Made by a program: the position numbers and the translations under genes
Shown here: positions 1-9,710 of the stretch, in pieces
Position numbering within the stretch: the first letter of the stretch is position 1
Layout of the letters: each line of letters starts with the position of its first letter
Notes under the pieces: generated by a model
Told to the model about the DNA's origin: nothing
What the model saw: the letters and a program-made list of their open reading frames with translations, nothing else
Database searches by the model: none
Assembly (NCBI RefSeq): GCF_009914755.1
Contig: NC_060937.1
Source of the DNA: the human T2T-CHM13v2.0 reference genome, Homo sapiens
Strand: one strand, 5' to 3'
Length of the DNA stretch: 64,000 bases

Positions 1-26
1 CTCCCCCCTCGGTAAGACTGCTGCTT

Positions 27-316
27 TCTTTGAGACAGTGTCTCACTGTGTGGCAACAGGCTGGAGTGCAGCGGTGCCATCAGAGCTTACTGCAGCCTTG
101 ACCTCCTGGGCTCAAGTAATCCTCCCACTTCAGTCTCCTGGGACTACAGGCACACACCACCATGCCCGGCAATGTTTTGTATTTTTGTAGACATGGGGTT
201 TTGCTATGTTGCCCAGGCTAGTGTTGAATTCTTGGGCTCAAGGGATCTGCCTTCCTCAGCCTCCCAAAATGTTGGGATTACAGGCAGATTACAGGCATGA
301 GCCACTGTGCCTGGCC
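27..316 (-). mobile_element. Alu (AluJ-like)
   Basis: Antisense dimeric Alu ending GCCACTGTGCCTGGCC; diverged. Confidence 0.9.
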
Positions 317-1016
317 AACTGCTGCTTTCAAATTGGCCGCACCATGGTTTCTAGTATGTTCCCGTGGGTGATTTTGAGCTTTTCCTGTCATAAAGTCTGT
401 CAAAATCTTCCTCCCACACCGTTGCTGATACTATGTGGGCCTTTCCAGTTTTAGTTGCTTATTCTCACTTGCTCATGTTTGGGGTTCTTGGGTAAAGCTT
501 GTTGCCTGGTTTCTGTATAATGTTCATGGGTTCTTTGTTTTGGAATCTTTAGTTGTTCTGTTTATTTTTATGGGGCAGATCTAAATGCTACATGCTGCCA
601 GTTCATCTTCTAGAAATAATTTGTTAATATAATGAAAAATACAATATTGGATTCAGTTTCTGTGTATACATTATTCCTGAACTATGTTAAGGCTGATCTG
701 TGATTGTGGCCAGATGGAATCTTACTTTATGGTGGCCAGATATCCTCATGCCTTGTTGCCTACATCTCTTGCACCACTGTCTTCCAAAGTCTATTCCTTG
801 GAATTTAATATTTTAGATTAAGGTGTACCACAGAAATGTGCTGCTGAGTAAAGTTATTTTGGGGTAATGCAGCACAGTACTTCCTTGTCTTGGTAAATTT
901 TAGCGCATATAAATAATAAAGGTTGCAATGATTTCTACTACAAAGTGACCTTTTAACTTCATTTAGCCTAGTGTTTCTTGGTCTTGTTTGATTATAGATT
1001 CTTTTCTTTTTTTTAC

Positions 1017-1129
1017 TAGCCCTGCCAACGCAAGGTCTCACAATATTAAAAACTCAGAGCTGTTCCTCTCTATAGAAGTCTTTAGTAAAAGGCAAAATAT
1101 TTATATGATCTGAAGAGAAACTGGAGTAT
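1017..1129 (-). pseudogene. U5 snRNA processed pseudogene (probably the annotated RNU5A-4P)
   Basis: Reverse complement ATACTCCAGTTTCTCTTCAGATCATATAAATATTTTGCCTTTTACTAAAGACTTCTATAGAGAGGAACAGCTCTGAG...CCTTGCGTTGGCAGGGCTA follows full-length U5, including loop 1 GCCTTTTAC. A-tail at ~1001-1014; imperfect TSD GATTATAG (990-997)/GATTGTAG (1130-1137). Confidence 0.93.
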
Positions 1130-1315
1130 GATTGTAGCATTTTAAAATAATAAAGTAATTTTACCATACTTATAACTTTATCTTTGCCAATGGGAAGAGT
1201 AGTATATCAGGCTTATTATTTAGGATTTCATCCTGGATAATGAGAAGGAAGAAAGAGACAAGTTAAAGTTTGAGTGAACTCAAGTTAAAGTTTGTTTTGT
1301 TTCTCTTTGACTCAG

Positions 1316-1497
1316 TGGTATTATTGACAGAAGTTGACAAACTCACCAAAGATGCTCAGCATGCCTTGCGAAGAACCATGGAAAAATATATGTCTACCTG
1401 CAGATTGATCTTGTGCTGCAATTCTACATCTAAAGTGATCCCACCTATTCGTAGTAGGTGCTTGGCGGTTCGTGTGCCTGCTCCCAGCATTGAAGAT
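1316..1497 (+). CDS. RFC3: RFC3 internal coding exon (probably exon 5), 182 bp; AAA+ Walker-B-like segment, sensor 1 and SRC motif
   Basis: Pyrimidine tract + CAG acceptor (AG 1314-1315), donor GTAGGT at 1498. Translates [61 protein letters not shown], the RFC small-subunit signature. Confidence 0.98.
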
Positions 1498-2198
1498 GTA
1501 GGTCAAGTTACACTTTTCTGAAAAATAAATCAGTTCAGATTCTCTGAATATTGTATGCTTGTTGTAAAAGAAGGGAATCGTATCAGTAATTTAAGAACAC
1601 CTACAGACCTGGATGCAAAGCATTAATATATGAACAAACCAAAGCGTATAGTTGTAAATACCAGATGCCAATATATAGAAAGTGTTTTTCCCTTTAAACC
1701 ATCTTTACTTTGAACAAGTAGGTATTACGAATTCTACTAAACTAGGTAAGGGCTAGTTATTTACTGTCTTCTTTCTCAAGCTGATTTAGTTGGCTATAAG
1801 AGGAGGCTGGAATATTGAGGAAACAGATTTTGCAAAGAGATGATGTGGGAATACCTAGTCCCTAGGAAGGGAATTAAAGTTAGTATGAAATAACATTAAT
1901 ATGAATATATATACATAGATATATTTTTTTCTCCATTCTTAACAGCCATCAGCAAAAATTATGATTCCTCACATTAAATATCTTTCCAGCTTTTAATAGA
2001 TTTTGGGAGATTTCATGCAAAGTAGGGATAATATGCAACATTGTGTTAGATGCAGAGTGGTAAGTTACTTTTAGTGTAAGTTTCACTTATAAGAATTTTG
2101 AGAGTAATACAGTTATAAGGGTCTAGGAGGATATCAACAGAAATGAATCTTAATCTGCTTTTTAATGGATTGCCCATTTTTGTTAATTTTATTTGTAG

Positions 2199-2335
2199 AT
2201 TTGCCACGTGTTATCTACTGTGTGTAAGAAGGAAGGTCTGAATCTTCCTTCACAACTGGCTCATAGACTTGCAGAGAAGTCTTGTAGAAATCTCAGAAAA
2301 GCCCTGCTTATGTGTGAAGCCTGCAGAGTGCAACA
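2199..2335 (+). CDS. RFC3: RFC3 coding exon (probably exon 6), 137 bp
   Basis: TAG acceptor (AG 2197-2198), donor GTGAGT at 2336. ICHVLSTVCKKEGLNLPSQLAHRLAEKSCRNLRKALLMCEACRVQ, in frame with the previous exon. Confidence 0.97.
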
Positions 2336-2365
2336 GTGAGTGGAAGGGGTAGTTACATTCTAGGA

Positions 2366-2678
2366 CTTTGGCCCCCAAGCTTTTTGGCACCAGGGACCAG
2401 TTTTGTGGAAGACAATTTTTCCATGGACTGGGCAGGGGTGGGGGATGGTTTCAGGATGAAATTGTTCCACCTCAGATTATTAAGCATTAGATTTTCATTT
2501 GGAGCGTAGATCCCTTGCATAAGCAGTTCACAATACGGTTCACGCTCCTATCAGAAGCTAATAACATCACTGGTCCGACAGGAGGTGGAACTCAGGCCAT
2601 AATGCTGGCCTATCCGCTGCTCACTCCTGCTGTGCAGCCCGGTTCCTAACCGCACGGACCAGTGGTTGGGGACTCCTG
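2366..2678 (-). mobile_element. MER1B (hAT-Charlie non-autonomous DNA transposon)
   Basis: Antisense MER1B (TTTTTGGCACCAGGGACCAG...GTGGTTGGGGACTCCTG) with 8-bp TSD TTCTAGGA/TTTTAGGA. Confidence 0.88.
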
Positions 2679-2735
2679 TTTTAGGACATAAGCACACTTC
2701 TGTTTAACTTCTTGTGTTCTCTTTTTGTCATGTAG

Positions 2736-2834
2736 ATATCCTTTTACTGCAGATCAAGAAATCCCTGAGACAGATTGGGAGGTGTATCTGAGGGAGACTG
2801 CAAATGCTATTGTCAGTCAGCAAACTCCACAAAG
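2736..2834 (+). CDS. RFC3: RFC3 coding exon (probably exon 7), 99 bp
   Basis: TAG acceptor (AG 2734-2735), donor GTACCA at 2835. YPFTADQEIPETDWEVYLRETANAIVSQQTPQ; phase 2 junctions match the neighbours. Confidence 0.97.
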
Positions 2835-5239
2835 GTACCAGTATAAAATGATGACAGTAAAGCTTTCATTATCAGGATATCATAGGACACATATTAACTA
2901 TTTTATGCTAATGTCATTTTGAATTATAATTAAATCCTGAATCTATGTATTAACTTTTTAAGGAAAATGTAGCATTTAACTTCAGAAATTTAGTGGTTCA
3001 GAATAGTTGGTGTGTGATATTATGGCTTTTATTAAGCTGTAATATCATGGCTTACATGTGATCATGTAAAAGTGGAATTTATATTAATTTTAATTTTCCT
3101 TTTAGGATCTCAGATTACTTAACATTAACATACAACACAAAGCTAGAGATAATGTGCGTAGCTTTCTAGTAAAGGACAATGTAAAACTTTGTAATCAATG
3201 ATGCATCATGTGCTAGAAAGACACCAGACTATAAGTCAGACTTCTAGTTCTTGTCCTGAACTCCTAGCTAAGTGTTCTTGATCAGGTAACTTCATTTTAG
3301 AGTTTTATCTTCATTTGTATATTGAAGATATTATTATTGCCTCACCAAGGGTACTTTTGCATTTGTTGTGAAGAGCAAAAGAGTTATTAATGGTTTGAAA
3401 ACTAAAAAACCCTGTGCTTATAGATGACCATGCGTTCTACTAAGGATAGCATTGTGTATATACCATTTTTACTCAGGAAGTATTTTTTGACACATTTGCT
3501 CAAAATTGCTTCCGTTACTTCTGTAGGTCTATTATTTGTAGGTTGACCATTCTGAAAATACCTCAGCTGCTAGTTGTTTGACTTATGGCAGCTTCGATTG
3601 AGAAACACAGTTTGCTTTCCTCCAAATAAAAAATGACAATGTTAAGGCCCACTAACTTTGGAGAGTATGAAGAAGGTTCCTCAGACTTGGCTAAAGCACA
3701 GTCTCATATCCTTGTTGGGTTTCTGAACTGAGAAATGATCTTTGGACCTTACAGAGGGTAGTTGATCATTTTAGGGTTCAGAATAAACTGAGTTCAGTCT
3801 ATAGACTGAATAGACTGCAGCCAATAGAGCTTACTCTTCCTTGGTCTAATGAAAATAATAGAGGAATATGCCATGTTTCTCCTTTTGTTGATACATCTGA
3901 TGAATTCTAATTTTTTAAGAAATTCTTCAAAGGTATTGTAACATGTATTCCCTGGTTACCATATAGATTGGTGGAGGTGGATAGTGGATCATACATAGTG
4001 GGTACTTAGTATTTCATTTAAGGTTTGCTTTGAATTCTCAGAATTCAATTATTTTAGTTGAAGAAATCGATAGTTTTCTCCAAGAAGTACCAAATGTTAT
4101 AAGTAGTCTCATTAGAAAAGAAACTTCATCTTTAGGAAAAATATGTTCATTTTATTTTGTAAAATGTTGATTATCAATAAAGAGACCTCACCCTTTAAAG
4201 AGATAAAATTCAAATAAAGCATGTCTTAGGTGCCTTTTACTTTTATAAAATATTTCTACACTGAAGATGACTTTCTTGTTTTTGTTCTGATATTAAAGAA
4301 GAAAAATTGATAGCAATATAACTTACCTACTTTTAGGGGATTTAGGTACTTGAGGTTGTAATGTTTGATAATTATCACGTGCTTTTATAAAACTACTTGA
4401 TTATTCCTTTGCTTAATTCTTCTAGCTGCTGTTACAAATTTCTTCTGGTTTTCCTAACACATTTTGACGGCTTATAAATGAACTTGTGCAGGAAGCGGTG
4501 CTCCTGTTTCCTGTTTAAACCAACAATTGTAGGAATTGATTCCATTGTGCTACATAAAAAGAAATTTTGCTCAATTCCAGAAAGCCTTGGGGCTGGCCAG
4601 AAATCCTGGAAGTCTGGTATCTTTCTGATCACTGGGCTACACAATTCCAAATGATTACTTCTGATTTCTGACTCCTTTGTCTTGCTGGAATATTTGTGGT
4701 CTCGATTTTTCATTTGATCTGTCTTAGAACAGTCATAATTTTCTAATTTGAATAGCAGCGAATATTTCATGAATGATTATGTCAGCTCTTACACCGTGTT
4801 ATTTAATTGATATAACACACCTATGAGAAAAATATTAACTTTTTAGATTAAAAAAAAAACCCTGACATTTATGGAGATTAGGTACCTTGTTCAGGTACAT
4901 TCCATTATTATAATAGAGACAGTTCTAGGATACCCATGTTTCTCTGACAGAAGAGTTTGTACTCTTAATCACTTGTAAGCTATTAGGAAATAATGACACA
5001 GACATGGTAAATGTAGAATATGTTAATTTTGTAAAACAGTAATGTTAGAAGTTAACTCAAGACTAACACAAGATGCATGTTAACATGTATGCACTACACA
5101 CAGTATAGTTACTTCAATTGTATAGGTAACTACATCCTGAATCAACTTTTCAGAAGTAAGCTATATACATATATTAAAATAATTTCATACCATATGAAAT
5201 TATTTTTATTATTCATGCTTTAATAATCAAGTTTTATTC

Positions 5240-5635
5240 TTGGGATGTCAGAGAAATCACAGGCTTTTGAGTCAGGCCTGAATTCAAATGCTGGCTCAAA
5301 TACACAAGTCTTGATGGAAGCCTGACCTGTCTGAACTTCAGGTTTGTTTCAGTAAAAGAGCATCATTGTTGTGGGGAATTAATAGTGTATTGCAGCGAAC
5401 CTAGTACAGAATTAAGGTGTTAAATACTTTCACAGACATTGGAAAGGGTGTGGACTTTGGAGTAAGAAAGATAGATCTGTGTTAAATCATGCTTTGCTGT
5501 GGTCAGTTCTGTCAGTTACTTAAACCATCTGGGCCTTAGTTTTTTCATCTGAAATAAATGGGCTAGTGTAAGTACTGAGTTAAATTATTTGTTTCAATTC
5601 TTACACATAGCAGATGCCCCAGAAATGCTAGTTCT
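5240..5635 (+). mobile_element. Two MIR fragments
   Basis: MIR core phrases GGCTTTTGAGTCAG...CTGAATTCAAAT and GTTACTTAAACCATCTGGGCCTTAGTTTTTTCATCTG. Confidence 0.6.
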
Positions 5636-5772
5636 TTTTTTTTTTCCCCCACTTTTTTTAAGATTTAATGTGCCAGGGCTTCATATTCCTGACGTCTTAG
5701 GATTGACTTCTGCTTTTTAAGAATTCTTATAAATCACTACCTGGATTTATCTGAAGTATGGAACATCTGTAC

Positions 5773-5775
<3 letters not shown>

Positions 5776-5809
<34 letters not shown>
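5776..5809. repeat. (TA)n microsatellite
   Basis: About 15 TA units, read directly. Confidence 0.95.
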
Positions 5810-5811
<2 letters not shown>

Positions 5812-6625
5812 GTACTGTAAAAATTCAGAAGTTTTTCCCTTTAAGAATGTGTATTTGGAACTTTCTCTCTTTTTTTTTTTTTTCTGTTTTAAAACGTCAT
5901 ATGTACATTTCCCTCCTCTTCCCCTTTCTCTCCCTAGAATATGAGAAGGGCCTAGAATGAAGGACTCAGAGGTTTGAATGTTCCTATTCGCTTAGCCTGG
6001 TTGCGTGCTTACCTGTAAACCTTTGTGCCGCCCCTTTTATGACAGGGACAGCTCTGTATCCCTGCCACATTGCTTTTTTACTGTGCAATCTAGGCAGTGG
6101 CATTGTATTATATTTCATGCGTATATTATCTTGTGTCACCTATGTAATTGACTTTTTAATCTTTTCATGACCATTTCCTGGATGTTTCAGGTATCTGTCT
6201 GGAGAAAAGAAAAACATATTACTTGACATGTCATTAAAGTTTGTTAAATTCCATGGTGTGAATAAGCTCAACCCGCGCTCTTCATGAAGTCTCAATTTCT
6301 ATCTGGTATTTTCATGGTGTTTTGATATAATTAGGAACCCTGAATATAGACGTCTCATTTTAAAAGAGTTCTGAAAATGTTCTGTTTCAAAAATGAACTG
6401 AAGTTAGGAGAAGCCTCCATATGTTTATCCTAAGTATGGTAAACTATTTAAGAAACAGTTATTATTTCTTACTGGATTGTTTGTTAATTCATAAAGTTAG
6501 GTCATAAAGTTGTTAATTCTGTATTGGATTGTTTGTTAATTCATAAAGTAAAACCATACAGTGGGAATTTGGAAAAATTACCTCTTATTTTCTTCACAAA
6601 ATACCAATTATTTTGTTTTATGTAG

Positions 6626-6695
6626 GCTCCTTGAAGTTCGTGGAAGGCTGTATGAGCTTCTAACTCATTGTATTCCTCCTGAGATAATAATGAAG
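6626..6695 (+). CDS. RFC3: RFC3 coding exon (probably exon 8), 70 bp
   Basis: TAG acceptor (AG 6624-6625), donor AAG|GTAAC at 6696. (R)LLEVRGRLYELLTHCIPPEIIMK. Confidence 0.97.
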
Positions 6696-7029
6696 GTAAC
6701 CCAATTTCAGATCTTGAACTTTTTACAGCTATAAAATTTGGACGCTGGGTGTGTGATCATAGGGCTTTTTGCAGTATCAAGATATCACCTCTTTCTCTCC
6801 AGCGCATTAATTGCACGTATTTACTGAACCTCTATGGTGTGCCAGGCACTATTAGAGGAATGCTGAAGAAAAGAAGGGAGGGCCTGCCTAAAGTGAAGTT
6901 ATATTCTAGTGGTGTGAAAAGGAGAACAAATAAAGAAGAGAATTTCAGAGTGTTGTAAGTGCTGTAAAGGAAATACCAAGGTGCAGGGATGATAATGGAG
7001 GGTGGGGCTACAAAGAAAAAAGTGAAGTT

Positions 7030-7360
7030 CCACCCATCCGTTTTCACAAAGGTAACCACTTTTAACAGACCTCTTTTCTATTCACATAGAAACAAGTACG
7101 TGTATATATGTGGTTTCACAAAACTTCTCAGTTTTCCACACTTTAGTATGGATGTTGTGTCATGACCATATGTATAGATTTACTTCGTTCTGTTAATGGA
7201 TGAATGGTTTTCTGTTGTGTGACTGTATCATAGCTTTTCCGAATATGACCTCCATTGGTGGAACTTTAGGTTGTCTACAAATTATTATTGTTATTATAAA
7301 TAGTGCTGCAGAAAGCATCCTTACACTTATATCCTTGCACTTTGTGCAGTTAAATATTTG
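7030..7360 (-). mobile_element. Old L1 (L1ME-like) 3' fragment
   Basis: CCATTGGTGGAACTTTAGGTTGT...ATAAATAGTGCTGCAG, typical of an antisense L1M 3' end. Confidence 0.6.
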
Positions 7361-7581
7361 GAATTTAGAATGTGGTTGATACCCACCACATTTTTATGTC
7401 ATGGAAAAAGTACCCAAAGTTTTTGCTTTTGGATGAAGGTCGTTGATTCACATAAAAAATTAAAGATCTCACACATATAAAGAGAGTATGTTTAACTTTA
7501 GTCTTTTTGTGAATGGGAGAAATAAGGCATGCTTAGCTGTTTTTATTAATGATTTTTAAATTACTGATTATTTTTGTTTAG

Positions 7582-7773
7582 GGCCTTCTCTCAGAACTGT
7601 TACATAATTGTGATGGACAACTGAAAGGGGAGGTGGCACAAATGGCAGCTTACTATGAGCATCGTCTACAGCTGGGTAGCAAAGCCATTTATCACTTGGA
7701 AGCGTTTGTGGCCAAATTCATGGCACTTTATAAGAAGTTCATGGAGGATGGATTGGAAGGCATGATGTTCTGA
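7582..7773 (+). CDS. RFC3: RFC3 terminal coding exon (probably exon 9), 192 coding bp including TGA
   Basis: TAG acceptor (AG 7580-7581). GLLSELLHNCDGQLKGEVAQMAAYYEHRLQLGSKAIYHLEAFVAKFMALYKKFMEDGLEGMMF* matches the RFC3 C-terminus. Confidence 0.98.
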   Translation, partial: GLLSELLHNCDGQLKGEVAQMAAYYEHRLQLGSKAIYHLEAFVAKFMALYKKFMEDGLEGMMF

Positions 7774-7830
7774 CTTCTGTCAGTTATTCTTGCAAAGATT
7801 TCTCAGTATCAGTATTTACATACAGCTTAT

Positions 7831-7836
7831 ATTAAA
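7831..7836 (+). terminator. Proximal polyA signal ATTAAA
   Basis: Hexamer followed ~35-55 nt later by the GU/U-rich GTCGTATTTGCGTTTTTTTGG. Confidence 0.55.
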
Positions 7837-8955
7837 AGAGCTGTGGGTAAATTAACTGAACTTAATCATGTCGTATTTGCGTTTTTTTGGTAATAACTTC
7901 TCTGTGAACTATTAATCATCCTCTGAGTTAAATAATTGCTCCTATACTATTGAAGTATGTAGTTTTGTACATAACTTAGAGACTTTAGAGTCTAAGAAAA
8001 TGATCTTAATTTACTTTAAGCATTGGTTATTCAAGTATTCATTGTTGATCCTCCTATTCTCTTCCGTCTAATCTCTCACCTGCTAAAGGAGATTTACACA
8101 TTAGAAAGCAAAGATTATTTTCATTTATCCAGATGACCATTTTCTGCCACAGGTAACATGATTGTTTGACACACCATTATATTTAATTCTAGTTTCTCTC
8201 AATGAATAATTGTATTTTTGTAGGAAATGTAAGATTTCATTCTGAAACATAATTATTGGTATGGACAAAATTGCAGATACCATTTCTGTTGAGGCTGCAG
8301 ATTTCCAACTTTTATTTCAGTGGTTCAGATTAGTATTAGGTCGGTACTAAGAAATAAGCATGTTTTCACTAATTTAAGTACTTGAGACTCTTGAAGAAAA
8401 TTCAGAATGAAGTTCTGGAGAAAGGTATGTTACTGTAGTAATTACTCTTTGAACAGGTTTTGTGTTTTGTCATTAGCTCTGCCCTTTTTAATTAAATATT
8501 TTGGTTCATGGACCAAAGGGTTTACTTGACAAATTTGTGTGACAGACTCCGAACAATTCCTTTACTACGAAGTATAATTTATAAAATAAAATATACCCAT
8601 TTTAAGGGTACAGTTTGATTTTTGACCAGTGAAACTATGATCCCAATCAAGGTATAGATGCCGTCACCCCAAAAAGTTCCCTCCATATCCCTTTGCAGTC
8701 AGTTCATCCCTACCCTGGCCCAGATGATCACTGATCTTGTCATTATAGATGAGTTTTGCCAGTTCAAGAATTTAATGGAATCAGATATTGTAAGCATTCT
8801 TGTGTAATACTTCATTCTCTCTCATTATTGAGATTCATCCATATTGTTGAATGTTTCACTAGTTAATGTTTATTGTTCAATATTTTTGTATATACTTTTA
8901 AAGCCTATTCACTTGCTGATGGATCTTTGGTTTGTTTCCAGGTTTGGTTATTATG

Positions 8956-8961
8956 AATAAA
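8956..8961 (+). terminator. Distal polyA signal AATAAA (inside an antisense old L1)
   Basis: Hexamer followed by GU/U-rich GTGTAAGTCTTTTTGTGG...GGTTTTTATTTGT. Confidence 0.65.
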
Positions 8962-9675
8962 GTTGCTGTGAATACTTACGTGTAAGTCTTTTTGTGGACA
9001 GGTTTTTATTTGTCTTGAGTAACTACGTAAGAGTGCAATGACTGGGCATACAATATTGTAAACATTAACTTTTAAAAAGTTGCTTAACTTTCCTAAAGTT
9101 ATATTACTTTACACTTCTACCAGCAATATAAGAGAATTCCTGTTGTTCCTATAGTATTGGTTTTATTGACTTTCTATGTTGTTGTCCATTTATATTTTAT
9201 TACCTTTTTTATCTTCTACTTTTTCCCTCTACTTATTTTTCTAGGTTATGTACTTGGAAATTTAGATAATTAACTTTAGACTATTCTTTTCTAATATAAT
9301 TTAAAGTTATAAATTTCACCCTGAGTACTGATTAAGCTTTTTAACATTCTCCTACAAATGTTGATATTTTAGGTTTTCATTTCTACTTAGTTCAAACTTT
9401 TCTGATTTCACTTGTGATTTTTTTTTTAACCAATGGATTACTTGGAATTGTGTTGTTCAATTTCCAAGTCCTTAGGGATTTTCCAAATATATTTTTACAC
9501 CTCCTCTGTCTTTCTTAGTTTTTAGTCTTTCACTGAGAGAAATATTGAAATCTCCCTCCATAATTATGCATCTGTCTAATTCAGTTCTTTTGGACTTCAA
9601 GCATTTTGAAGATCGTTCTTAGGTACTTGAATAATATCTTGATATATTGACTCCTTTATCATTATGAAGTGCCCA

Positions 9676-9710
9676 GTTGCTTCTCTGTCTTTTGGCTAAG
9701 ATCATGTGTA
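9676..9710 (+). pseudogene. 3'-truncated, tailless U2 snRNA retrocopy (U2 nt 1-35)
   Basis: GTTGCTTCTCTGTCTTTTGGCTAAGATCATGTGTA matches U2 5' end ATCGCTTCTCGGCCTTTTGGCTAAGATCAAGTGTA at 30/35. Perfect direct repeat TATGAAGTGCCC at 9663-9674 and 9709-9720. Confidence 0.9.

Larger units (their letters stand above)
7774..8985 (+). other. RFC3: RFC3 3'UTR (extent depends on the polyA site used; end approximate)
   Basis: AU-rich sequence after the stop. Hexamers ATTAAA 7831-7836, AATAAA 8585-8590 and AATAAA 8956-8961. Confidence 0.75.

Noticed and set aside
206-454. Alu-derived ORFs (also 13591, 18395, 32789, 37263, 43930, 45796, 52272, 57882 and 60268)
   Set aside because: Typical Alu translation artefacts such as [22 protein letters not shown].
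1270-1521. ORF-track entries 1270-1521 and 2725-2922 as standalone genes
   Set aside because: They are RFC3 exons read through into intron sequence; the splice sites define the true bounds.
4432-4770. 112-aa antisense ORF in an RFC3 intron
   Set aside because: No recognisable domain or gene structure; the length is compatible with chance.
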